Source of the DNA: Mobula hypostoma
Lineage: Eukaryota
Direction: 5' to 3'
DNA length: 64,000 nucleotides
Assembly (NCBI RefSeq): GCF_963921235.1
Contig: NC_086097.1
Span: forward strand, 18,850,001-18,914,000
Shown here: positions 13,176 to 23,849 of the stretch, one piece after another
Layout of the letters: every line of letters begins with the position of its first letter
Numbering within the stretch: the stretch's first letter is position 1
Notes under the pieces: model-generated
What the model was told of the DNA's origin: nothing
What the model saw: only the letters and a program-made list of their open reading frames with translations
Database searches by the model: none
Made by a program: the position numbers and the translations under genes

Positions 13176-13990
13176 CTAACTATGTAATGACATAGGGCAT
13201 CTTGTCACAACCTCAGATGGACTTAGCCTAGTCTTTTTGTTTGGCTTTGGTCTGATGCTGCATATGACCATGTGGAGTGTGCATTCTGCTTGTGGTACGT
13301 AGTCAGTCTTTGTCTGATAGCTCCATTCTTTCGTTCTTCCTATCCTGACGTCTCTCGATGTAGACAATGGCAGAATCATTCAATATTCATTCATCGTCTA
13401 ACTTTTGACATACACTTCCAGCGAAGGGTTTCCCTTGGTCGGAGTCTATGTGGAGTGACAATCCCCATCTAGGGATGTAGCCCTTGATGAGAGATTTTGC
13501 TGTATGTGTAACAGTTGCTTTCCCTGCTGGAGAAGCCTCCATGCACCTTGAGAACTTGCCCACCATTATCAGTACATCTAAGCACCCTTGGCATTTTGGT
13601 AACTTAATGTAATCCACCTGTAGGTGTAGAATTGGCCCAGGTTGTGGCAGAGCACTTATTTGTGGTGGCTTTTCCATTGCACCCAGGTGTGTTTTCTGGA
13701 ATGTTATATAGTTTTACATATTTTGGCATGGACTAGATGGGCTGAAGGGCATTTTCTGTGCTGTAGTGTTCAATGACTCTGTGACTCTATTTGTCGGTTC
13801 TGTGATCTAAGCATTGGACTACCACCATTGGGAGAATCTACTCGTCATCCTTTCTACTCCAAAGTGCCCAAGCGAGTGTACTTGCTGTGCCAGATAAGGT
13901 AGCCATGCAATTGGAACCATCAATCTGTGACCAGTGCTATACCTTTGCTCTGTTATTGTTCAATTTCCCATTATTCTCTATCTAGGACAA
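13176..13990 (-). mobile_element. Endogenous retrovirus (class I, epsilon/gamma-like) integrase remnant
   Basis: AQQVHSLGHFG (zinc-binding region), PGPILHLQVDYIKLPKCQG..VLIMVGKFSRCMEASP..KAT..TAK.LIKGYIPRWGL..HIDSDQG, and ICSIRPKPNKKTRLSPSEVVT.CPM. Stops and frameshifts are present, and a CR1 tail is inserted at about 13715-13790. Confidence 0.75.
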
Positions 13991-14231
13991 TTTTTCTTTG
14001 TTTGAGCATCGAGCTTGCATTTCTCAAGCAGATTTCTTCACTAATTTGGCTTTAATTCCCTGCTTCTACACATGTAGATATAAAACTTATAGGGGTCCTA
14101 AGGCCTGAATCAATAGATTGCAAAATTGGAATTCAAAAGGACTACATCCAGACAAACATATTATGCTGAACTATTAAACTAACAGACTAGACACTGCCAA
14201 GAAAGACTAACTTCACTTAAAATAGAGCAGA

Positions 14232-14555
14232 GGCGAGGGGAGGTGTCCCTCTCACTATACTCCTTGCCCATCCTCTGGGCTTCCCCACCCCCGCTTTCCT
14301 TCTCCCTCGGCCTCCTATCCCATGATCCTCTCATATCCCTTTTGCCAATCAACTGTCCAGCTCTTGGCTCCATCCCTCCCCTCCTGTCTTCTCCCATCAT
14401 TTCTGATCTCCCCCTCCCCCTCCCACTTTCAAATCTGTTACTAGCTCTTCTTTCAGTTAGTCCTGACGAAGGGTCTCGGCTCGAAACGTTGACTGTACCT
14501 CTTCCCAGACATGCTGCCTGGCCTGCTGCGTTCACCAGCATTTTTTTTCTGTGTC
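14232..14555 (+). mobile_element. Penelope-derived non-autonomous element (pyrimidine-rich body plus hammerhead)
   Basis: Same organisation as the PLE 3' UTR at 1810-2188; ends tgctgcctggcctgctgcgttcaccagcattttt. Confidence 0.8.
14459..14494 (+). ncRNA. Minimal type I hammerhead ribozyme motif
   Basis: AGTC-CTGACGA-a-GGGT(ctcg)GCTC-GAAA-CGTT-GACT. Stem I is AGTC/GACT, the CUGANGA and GAAA boxes are intact, stem II includes G-U pairs, stem III is a palindromic ACGU, and the cleavage triplet is GUU. Confidence 0.75.
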
Positions 14556-14648
14556 CCCAGATTTTAACTTCAGTCTTAGACCTGCTTTAAATGGAGTGCT
14601 GGAGCAAGAACCAGGTGCTCCTGAGATGATTAGGGAAGTAAGGATGAT

Positions 14649-16527
14649 CATAGAAACATAGAAAATAGGTGCAGGAGTAGGCCATTCGGCCCTTCGAGCC
14701 TGCACCGCCATTCAGTATGATCATGGCTGATCGTCCAACTCAGAACCCTGTACCAGCCTTCCCCCCATACCCCCTGATCCCTTTAGCCACAAGGGCCATA
14801 TCTAACTCCCTCTTAAATATAGCCAATGAACTGACCTCAACTGTTTCCTGTGGCAGAGAATTCCACAGATTCACCACTCTCTGTGTGAAGAAGTTTTTCC
14901 TCATCTCGGTCCTAAAAGGCTTCTCCTTTATCCTCAAACTATGGCCCCTCGTTCTGGACTCCCCCAACATCGGGAACAATCTTCCTGCATCTAGCCAGTC
15001 CAATCCCTTTAGGATTTTATACGTTTCAATAAGATCCCCCCTCAATCTTCTAAATTCCAACGAGTATAAGCCTAGTTCATCCAGTCTTTCATCATATGAA
15101 AGTCCTGCCATCCCAGGAATCAATCTGGTGAACCTTCTTTGTACTCCCTCAATGGCAAGGATGTCTTTCCTCAGATTAGGGGACCAAAACTGCAGGTGTC
15201 GTCTCACCAAGGCCTTGTACAACTGCAGTAGTACCTCCCTGCTCCTGTACTCGAATCCTCTCGCTATAAATGCCAGCATACCATTCACCTTTTTCACTGC
15301 CTGCTGTACCTGCATGCCCACTTTCAATGACTGGTGTATAATGACACCCAGGTCTCGTTGCACCTCCCCTTTTCCTAATTGGTCATGATTCAGATAATAA
15401 TCTGTTTTCCTGTTTTTGCCACCAAAGTGGATAACCTCACATTTATCCACATTAAATTGCATCTGCCATGAATTTGCCCACTCACCTAACCTATCCAAGT
15501 CACTCTGCATCTTCTTAGCATCCTCCTCACAGCTAACACTGCCGCCCAGCTTCGTGTCATCCTCAAACTTGGAGATGCTGCATTTAATTCCCTCATCCAA
15601 GTCATTAATATATATTGTAAACAACTGGGATCCCAGCACTGAGCCTTGCGGTACCCCACTAGTCACTGCCTGCCATTCTGAAAAGGTCCCGTTTATTCCC
15701 ACTCTTTGCTTCCTGTCTGCCAACCAATTCTCTATCCACGTCAATACCTTACCCCCAATACCATGTGCTTTAAGTTTGCACACTAATCTCCTGTGTGGGA
15801 TCTTGTCAAAAGCCTTTTGAAAATCCAAATGTACCACATCCACTGGTTCTCCCCTATCCACTCTACTAGTTACATCCTCAAAAAATTCTATGAGATTTGT
15901 CAGACATGATTTTCCTTTCACAAATCCATGCTGACTTCGTCCGATGATTTCACCGCTTTCCAAATGTGCTGTTATCACATCTTTGATAACTGACTCTAGC
16001 AGTTTCCCCACGACCGATGTTAGGCTAACCCGTCTATAATTCCCTGGTTTCTCTCTCCTTCCTTTTTTAAAAAGTGGGGTTACATTAGCCACCCTCCAAT
16101 CCTCAGGAACTAGTCCAGAATCTAAAGAGTTTTGAAAAATTTTCACTAATGCATCCACTATTTCTTGGGCTACTTCCTTAAGCACTCTGGGATGCAGACC
16201 ATCTGGCCCTGGGGATTTGTCTGCCTTTAATCCCTTCAATTTACCTAACACCACTTCCCTACTAACATGTATTTCCCTCAGTTCCTCCATCTCACTGGAC
16301 CCTCTGTCCCCTACTATTTCCGGAAGATTATTTATGTCCTCCTTAGTGAAGACAGAACCAAAGTAATTATTCAATTGGTCTGCCATGTCCTTGCTCCCCA
16401 TAATCAATTCATCTGTTTCTGTCTGTAGGGGACCTACATTTGTCTTAACCAATCTTTTTCCTCTTCCTAATTAAGCCCTTTGTCCTCCTCTGCTGAACTC
16501 TGAATTTCTCCCAGTCCTCAGGTGAGG
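14649..16527 (-). mobile_element. Young 5'-truncated CR1 (HER1-like) LINE
   Basis: (catagaaa)2 tail at about 14650, CR1 3' UTR, and an open RT frame. Confidence 0.95.
14740..16452 (-). CDS. CR1 ORF2 reverse transcriptase (570-aa open frame, no endonuclease domain, probably non-functional)
   Basis: KSPGPDGLHPRVLKE, QHGFVKGKSCLTNL, LDFQKAFDKIPH, GVPQGSVLG, and FEDD in place of FADD. Small deletion at RRHL/QFWSP compared with sibling copies. Confidence 0.85.
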   Translation of the reverse strand: MVKTNVGPLQTETDELIMGSKDMADQLNNYFGSVFTKEDINNLPEIVGDRGSSEMEELREIHVSREVVLGKLKGLKADKSPGPDGLHPRVLKEVAQEIVDALVKIFQNSLDSGLVPEDWRVANVTPLFKKGRREKPGNYRRVSLTSVVGKLLESVIKDVITAHLESGEIIGRSQHGFVKGKSCLTNLIEFFEDVTSRVDRGEPVDVVHLDFQKAFDKIPHRRLVCKLKAHGIGGKVLTWIENWLADRKQRVGINGTFSEWQAVTSGVPQGSVLGSQLFTIYINDLDEGIKCSISKFEDDTKLGGSVSCEEDAKKMQSDLDRLGEWANSWQMQFNVDKCEVIHFGGKNRKTDYYLNHDQLGKGEVQRDLGVIIHQSLKVGMQVQQAVKKVNGMLAFIARGFEYRSREVLLQLYKALVRRHLQFWSPNLRKDILAIEGVQRRFTRLIPGMAGLSYDERLDELGLYSLEFRRLRGDLIETYKILKGLDWLDAGRLFPMLGESRTRGHSLRIKEKPFRTEMRKNFFTQRVVNLWNSLPQETVEVSSLAIFKRELDMALVAKGIRGYGGKAGTGF

Positions 16528-17039
16528 AATGTTTTAGCCCTTTGTTAAATGTGCACACATTTGCACCCATCTGGGATTCTTCCCTTCACAACTACCCTGC
16601 TGGTGACCCCAAGTTATTAGATTTTGAGATGATGTCATCCAGAAGGTTTCTCTGGCACGGTAGCGCAGCGGTTAGCAAATGTTATTACAGTGCCAACTAG
16701 TGTGGAGACGCATGTCGGCTGCCCAGCACAATTCTCGTTGATGAGATTCGATGCAAACAGCACTTTCACTCTATGTTTCAATGTACATGTGACAAACAAA
16801 GCCAATCCTTACCTTTATCTTTAGAATTCAAGAATGGGGCACAAATCCCATGTTTATAGCTATTTTATTAGATATCCATCAAAGTATAAGTCAGACAGGA
16901 TCAGCATGTACTGGCAAGTAGCACATGCTTTCCTTTCATACTGCAAACTGGCCTGAATGGGTTTAGATATGAACAGATGCTGACTGGCTCACACGTCAGC
17001 CTTGCAGACAGAAAACTACATAACTATAGAACAAAATAC

Positions 17040-17575
17040 ACCACAAGATGCGACAGGTGGACCTCACTTAGAATATTGTGTTCATTTCTGATGGCCTCAT
17101 TATAGGAAGCTTTAGAGAGGGTGCAGGGGAGATGTACCAGGATGCTGCCTGGATTAGAAAACATGTCCTTTGAGGATAGGCTGAGCAAGCTTGGGCTTTT
17201 CTCTTTGGAGTGAAGGAAGACGAGGGTTGACTTGATAGAAGTGTATAAGATGATGAGAGGCACCAATGAAATGGGTCACCAAAGATTCTTTCCCAGAGTG
17301 GAAGTGGTTCATACAAGGAAGCATAATATCAGGGTGATTGGAGAGCGTAGGTGGATGTCTGAGATGTTTTTTTTACACAGCATGGTAGGTGCTGTACAAG
17401 GGGTGATGATAGAGGCAGATACATTAGAGACTCTAAGATAAGCCCAGAGGTGATAAAAAAAAAATGGAAGGCTATGTAGGAGGGAAGGGTTATATTGATC
17501 TTAGAGTAGTTTATGAGGTTGGCACAACACTGTGAGCCAAAGGGCCCTATACTGTAATGTAGTGTTCTATGTTTA
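17040..17575 (+). mobile_element. CR1 LINE 3' fragment
   Basis: Equivalents of RPHLEYCV.FW and DLIEVYKMMRG, plus a CR1 3' UTR ending tgttctatgttta. Confidence 0.85.
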
Positions 17576-17699
17576 GAGACAATTTAGAGATTTTTAGCTG
17601 AAACCAGGATGAGGGAACATTTCATTCAGATCTCCAATTTCTTTTAGAATTGATTGAAAAGTTCTCTTACCTATTTCTAAAGCTCTCAATAGTCTGGGA

Positions 17700-20600
17700 C
17701 CAGATAACATCACAAAACTGTTTTCATTTTATAATCCTGCTCGAGCTCTCAGGTCTTCGTCCGCTGGTCTCTTAAATTTAAACAGTCTCCCTCAAATGAT
17801 AATTGAAAGGTCAGCTTCTTTTGATTTATGCTCCTAAACTGTGGAATCCAATGCCTAAATTATACAGGATGCAGACTCAGTTGACTTTTAAATGCCAGCT
17901 CAAAACCTATTTACTTAACCTTGTACGGGGTGTCCTCGGTAGTAGCCCCCTTGGCTGAAGTGAACACTGATAGCCCACCCCGGGGAGTGGGAAATAAAAC
18001 CCCGTTGGATTCCTTGGCTGCGTCAGTCTAGGGAATACACACTCTGGTCCTGCCAAACCTGTGAGACTGAGACGGTTTGTGTGGAAGTTGTGTAATTTGC
18101 TACCCTGTTACAGCTCAGTGCCAGGAAATAACAGACAGCACACTGCATATGATTACAGGAATTATATTTATGAATCTTAACTAAAGGGTTAGTCAAAAAA
18201 AGAAAAAAAACGAAAAGGGCCCATTATATTTAAACAGTCAAATGTGCACAAGTTGGAGCTCAAATCTTCCAAAAGTAATATTCACCGATCCTCATTCGAC
18301 TGCGGCACCTTGCTCCATTGAATCACGGCCCCCCCCCACCAGATTGACTCCTACAACCAGTTCTCTCCAGTATCTTCCCTCTTCATCTCCCACCGAACAA
18401 AGGACCCAGCCCAAATTCCAAAGCACCCGTTATCTTTAACCATAACCCAAACACTGCTCCTACAGATAGACCATTATGTTAGCAGTGAAAACATTCCAAG
18501 GGTGTTAAACTCTCCCCCACCACCAAAATTAGTCATATCCTCATGACATTGAGATAGTTTGTCACCCCTTCGTACAAAGCATAAAGTCCAAAGCTGGTGT
18601 CAATGGTAGTAACATCACCAAGGGATAGGTGCCACACTCTGTTCCCTGAGTGCAACATAGGCCAGTCTGTGTGGGGGTCTCCTTATTCCTTGGGACCTCC
18701 TTACCCCATCATCTATTTCTTCAGCTTCAGACACTCCCTGGGTCCTTTCCTGCCCACTTGGGGAGGCTCCTCCCTGTCCATTACTCGTGCCTCCAACAAC
18801 GCAGGTCCCCTCATCACTTGGCTGAGCTCACCCTCATTCCCAGTTACTTTAGAGTCCAGCCTGCTTTTATTTTCTAACCGCAAACCTGCCTGTCCACTGC
18901 TAGTTTCCCCCATCTCATCTGCCTCAACGTGAGAAGAGTCGGGAATCTCTTCATCAGTTATAGAGGAGTTTGCGAAGGGCAGCATATGCCACACACCCAT
19001 CTCCTCATCCTCCAAGTTGGTATCACGTTCAGGGGTGGGCTCCGGTTTAATCTTTCCCATTGCTGGTCCTTTGGTTCCCCCACGTTGCCTCAGAGTCCTC
19101 TTACTAGGTGTAGTGTCCAGGTCAGGCTCTGGGTCAACAAGTACCTCTCGTCCCTGAGGTAGAAGGTGGTTCTGATGGAGAATTTGACAGGTCCATTCCC
19201 AACCTTTGGTTTCACCCAGAAAACTGGTACATTTGGCATCTGGCTCTCCACTACATAGGGCATAACCACCCAGCAGTCAGCCACCTTCTGCTTCCCAGGT
19301 AGCCCCAAATTCATTATGAGGACTTGGTCTCCAGGCATTAGTTGTGAGAACCTAACTTTTTAATCATATCTCTTCTTATCTCCTTGATTCTGCTTGGTAG
19401 CCAAGACCTGAGCTAGTTCATAAGCCTTTTTCAGCTCCCTCCTCATATTAGAGACACACTTCAAATAAGTTTTCTGTTGTAGATCTTCCCCACCAGTCCC
19501 CAAAGAGAGGTCAAAGGGCAGCCTCATTTTGCGCCGGAACATCAGATAATAAGGTGAGTGCTTGGTAGCTTCATTCTGTGTACAATTGTAGCAGTGGACC
19601 AGATGTCCAACATGTTGACTCCACTTGTTCTTTTTACTGATCTCCAAGGTTCCGAGCATGTTTAGCAAGGTCTGATTGAATCTCTCAGGCTGGGGATCAT
19701 CCTGCAGGTGATAAGGAGTAGTCCTCAACTTCTCGACTCCGAGCATGCCCATTAACTCATGGATGAGCCTACTCTCCAAATCCTGTCAGAGCACTGCCAC
19801 TCATCCAGCATCTGAGAGCTCTGCTCTGCCCAAGTCTCGTACTCCTCTTTCCCTTTAAGGGTGGGACTCATTCCCGAAGATATGCTGAGTGGACAATAAC
19901 TGGGACTTTGAACCTGGGAACTTTGCCATTTGCCAGGGAGGTTAGGGCCTCTAACCAACTCAGAGTGCTCATCCTTCACTGGAGGACTCATGAGACCTTC
20001 CACATCAGACCACTCCTTCCCCTCGTTCCGCAGAAATGAGAGCAAATTGTCTTTAAAGTCTCCATCCCCAGCTACGGGAAACTCGACTTCTGATTTGGCA
20101 TGCTTGCCTATGTTCTCCTCCTCTTGGAAAGTATGGGCAGCCCACAGCCCCACCCCTCCTCCCAGGACCGCAATAGTCCGGGCAGAACCTCTGCTCCATG
20201 ATCGTAACTGTCCCTAATGCTTTATTGGTACTTAAAGTCTGAATTAACAACTCATCTACCCCACTCGATAGACATGCATTCATTACCGGTAATCCCATGG
20301 ATTCACATCACCGCTCAACCCCTGCAGCATCTGTAACCACATATCTTAATCACTTTACCGGATTAAACACACAACCCACTAGATTAATGCTCAGGGCAAT
20401 CACACATTGCTCAGGGCAATCACAGCATCCAACAAAATCGATCCTGGACGATCTCCCACATATGAAACCCTGCTGGATTCCTTGGCTGCGTAAGTCTAGG
20501 GAATGCGCACTCTGGTCCCGCCAAACCTGTGAGACTGAGACGGTTTGTGTGGATGTTGTGTAATTTGCTACCCTGTTACAGTTTAGTGCCAAGAAATAAC

Positions 20601-21055
20601 AGACAGCACACTGGATACGATTACAGGGATTATATTTATGAATCTTAACTAATGGGTTAGAAAGAAAAAAACGAAAAAGGCCCATTATATTTAAACAGTC
20701 AAATGTGCACAAGTTGGAGCTCTACTCATTGAGAAGTAATATTCACCGATCCTCAGTCGACTGTGGCACCTTCACCATCGAATCACGGTCCCCCATCAGG
20801 GTCAAATCCTATGACTGGTTCTCTCCAGCGTCTTCCCTCTTCATCCCTCACTGAACAAAGGATCCAGCCTACATCGCAAAGCACCCATTATCTCTAACCA
20901 TAACTCAAACACTGCTTCTACAGAAAGACCATTACGTTAGCAATGAAACCTTTCTCAGGGATTTCTCCTTTATTTTTATATTGACACATTTTCCCATTGT
21001 AAAACATTTTGAACTATATTATCTGTATGAAAAGTGCCTTACAAATAAATGTAAA
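17700..21055 (+). mobile_element. L2 LINE 3' end (17700-17921 plus 20962-21055) split by the Gypsy insertion
   Basis: YNPARALRSS...APKLWN..P...FKCQLKTYL before the insertion. L2-type tail tgtaaaacattttga...tatgaaaagtgccttacaaataaa after it. Confidence 0.65.
17995..20962 (-). mobile_element. Internally deleted Gypsy LTR retrotransposon: 5' LTR about 20461-20962, PBS 20441-20458, PNMA-like gag remnant, integrase C-terminal half, PPT about 18511-18525, 3' LTR about 17995-18510
   Basis: Two direct repeats of about 500 bp. Minus-strand TGGGAGATCGTCCAGGAT matches the tRNA-Pro PBS at 15 of 18 positions. Gag-like SGMSPTLKGKEEYETWAEQSSQMLDEWQCSD, integrase RTTPYHLQDDPQPERFNQTLLNMLGTL, PPT ggtggtgggggagag. 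Confidence 0.9.
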
Positions 21056-21794
21056 ACTTTTTAAAATTTTAAAAATCAGGTGTTATGCAAAAGTGATTAT
21101 TCATAAATGAAGCTAAGAGAAACGGAAACTAAAACTATATGGTAAAATACAATGAAATGAACAATCTACAACCTAATTTGACATTATTGTTGTTGAGTGG
21201 GAGATGAACGTTGGTTTGAATGCTCTAAATCACAGGTTCCCAACTTTCTTTATGCTATGGACCAATACCATGAAGCAAGGGGTCAGTAGACCCCAGGTTC
21301 TAGATGCTGAAATGAAACAGGAGATGCTGAAAGCACTCTACAGCCAGGCTACATCTATGGAAAGAGAAACAAGAATCTGCATTTCATCATTTGTGTTGGA
21401 AGTTCTTTAGTTTTCTGGGCAGCCCAAAGCAAGTTGGCAACAGGTGTGAAAACCAGCTAGACAGGTCAACAGCTTCCTCTGTGGGGCCTTATCAATCCAG
21501 ACCTGGAACAAAACACCCTACCCACCTCCGGATGCAGTTCAGCCAAACCTCATACTTAAAAGTCATCCAGGATCTAACCTTACTCTGTTGGCCACCACTT
21601 AGTGTCATCACCGGCCCTGTATCATCTAGGAGTAGCATTAAAATGACAACGGGAAGTAAATTCCTCAACAGGCATTCCATTTTACAGTTATCCCACACTA
21701 AAGCCTAACAGGATGGATGTTGTCAGTCACTGTCAACTCTGACTCATGAACAACACCAAGATACGTGAACTTACCCAGAACTCCAAAGTAATGT

Positions 21795-22322
21795 ACACTC
21801 AGAGGCCACATTATTAGCTACATCCTAGACATGATAGTGACCACTGAGTATATGTTCATGATTTTCTGCTGCTGTAGCTCATCCACTTTGAGGTTCAACT
21901 TGTTTTGAATTCAGAGAAGCTCTTCTGTGCACCATTGTTTTAACGTGTGGTTACTTGAGTTACTGTCGCCTTCCTGTCAGTTTGAACTATAGCCATTCTC
22001 CTCTGACCTCTCTCAATTAACAAGGTGTTCTTGCCCACAGAACTGCCACCCACTGGATTTTTTTTGTGTTTTTCTCAACATTCTCTGTTAACTCTGGAGA
22101 GTGTTATGTGTGAAAATCCCAGGAGATCAGCAACAATCATTGCATGGTCAAAGTCACTTAGGTCATATTTCTTCCCCTTTATGATATTTGGTCTGAACAA
22201 CAACTGAACCTCTTGAGTATGTCAGCATGCTTTCATGCATTGAGTTGCTGCCACATGATTGGCTGATGAGATATTTGTGTTCGTGAGCTGATGCACAGAT
22301 GCACCTACTAAAAAGTGCTATT
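21795..22322 (-). mobile_element. Non-autonomous Tc1/mariner element (deleted transposase, N-terminal remnant)
   Basis: TIR-like tacactcagaggccacattattag...cctactaaaaagtg. Same family as the copies at 33855-36365 and 51298-51824. Confidence 0.8.
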
Positions 22323-22811
22323 AGAAATCTGCGTGGCTATTAGAAAGTCCCCCAAAAACAGGGCTAGACTCTCAGCTCCATCACTGAAGACACAGTAAGC
22401 ATTTCAATATCTTCTTGTAGAAATGTAACTTCCTCACCAAATTCATGAGGATCCCCGGTCAATAATCATAGAAAGTGGAGAGAGAACACTTGGTTAGACA
22501 CTTAGAACATTGGGCTGTACAACAGGAACACGCGGAAGCAATACACACAGAGCTGAAAGAACACAGGATATCCAAAGCTCTGTCGAGCATTTCCTGCCCT
22601 ACCTATGGGTCAGACTGTGGATCCACATTGGCATCATCAGTCAGCTGAGAACTGGAGTGGAAAGCAGGCATTCCTCAAACCTAAAGGACTATGCAAGAAG
22701 AGATTAGGTCTTGTAGCCTCATCTTTGCTCTGTGGAGTTACATATCAATAGCTAATTTTTATGACAGGCTCAAACACAAGGTATTTTACGGATGTTGCAA
22801 AACCAGCGTAA

Positions 22812-23105
22812 CACGCACACCAAATACTGTAGGAACTCAGCAAGTCAGGCAGCATCTATGGAGAGGAATAAACAGCTGATGTTTTGGGCTGAGACCATCC
22901 ATCAGGAATGGAGAGGAAGGGGAAAGAAGCCAGAATAAGAAGATAGGAGGAGGGAAAAGAGTACACTCCCCTAATCTTTTTATTCTGGCTCCTTCCCCAT
23001 CTTTTCCAGTCCTGGTGAAAGGTCTTGGCCAAAAACATCAACTGTTTATTCCTCTCTGTGGATGCTGCCTGATTTGTTGAGTTCCTCCAGCATTTTGTGT
23101 GTGTA
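22812..23105. repeat. Inverted pair of Penelope-derived elements (long imperfect palindrome)
   Basis: About 22812-22950 is the reverse complement of about 22970-23105. Each arm has a decayed hammerhead core. Confidence 0.85.
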
Positions 23106-23849
23106 ATTCTTGAAACAGTATAGGGAACCATTGCCCAGTGACAACTAAAGAGGGGTGCTTGGGGCAGTCATAGCTCTCATCAGAGGAAGAAAATTAATAA
23201 AGCAAAATCACTAAGAAGCAATTAGATAAATCAAAGGAAACTTTATTCAGGATCTCAGTAACCAGACATGAATGCAACTGCAATTAGAGACATTATTTGG
23301 AGACTGTACTTTAAAATAGACATCAAAGCATGAGAGAGCAACAGAGATAACACCCAGACATAAATCAATGGATTTAGTTAAGGGTAACAAGATTATTCAG
23401 TTTAATAACTTAAAAGTAGATGTGACTAAGTATGTCAAATTATCTGCAGAATAGACAACATGGAAGATGAGGAAACTCTTTGAACTGAATCAGGATAAGG
23501 CATGACGACTTGATTTTAAAATTAAGAAACATTAAGCACAAAGGAAATTACTAAGTAACATCTTGTTCAAACCTCTTGAATCATTCGCTGCGGGAATATA
23601 TATTTGGATTATTACAGTTTAATATAGTTCTGGTCTATCAAGTGCAGACAGGAGACTATAAGACAGGCTTGATGAACTTCTCTCAGTCATCAATTTCATT
23701 TATTTGAATATATGGCCTGTATGTAGCCTACCATTCACATTGACACAAGTAGTTTGCAAAATAATGAGGCAAAACTGAGGATCCAGGACTGTTAACTTTA
23801 CTGTGTTATGGTGGGGAAATTCTGTGCAGCACATAAGAGGAAGAAAGTC

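Noticed and set aside
14717..15820. Plus-strand ORFs of 223 and 134 aa
   Set aside because: They are antisense shadows of the CR1 RT frame; the same pattern recurs opposite other CR1 copies.
19752..20298. Possible host PNMA (paraneoplastic Ma antigen) gene
   Set aside because: It lies between LTRs next to a PBS, is frameshifted and is fused to integrase, so it is a retrotransposon gag relic.
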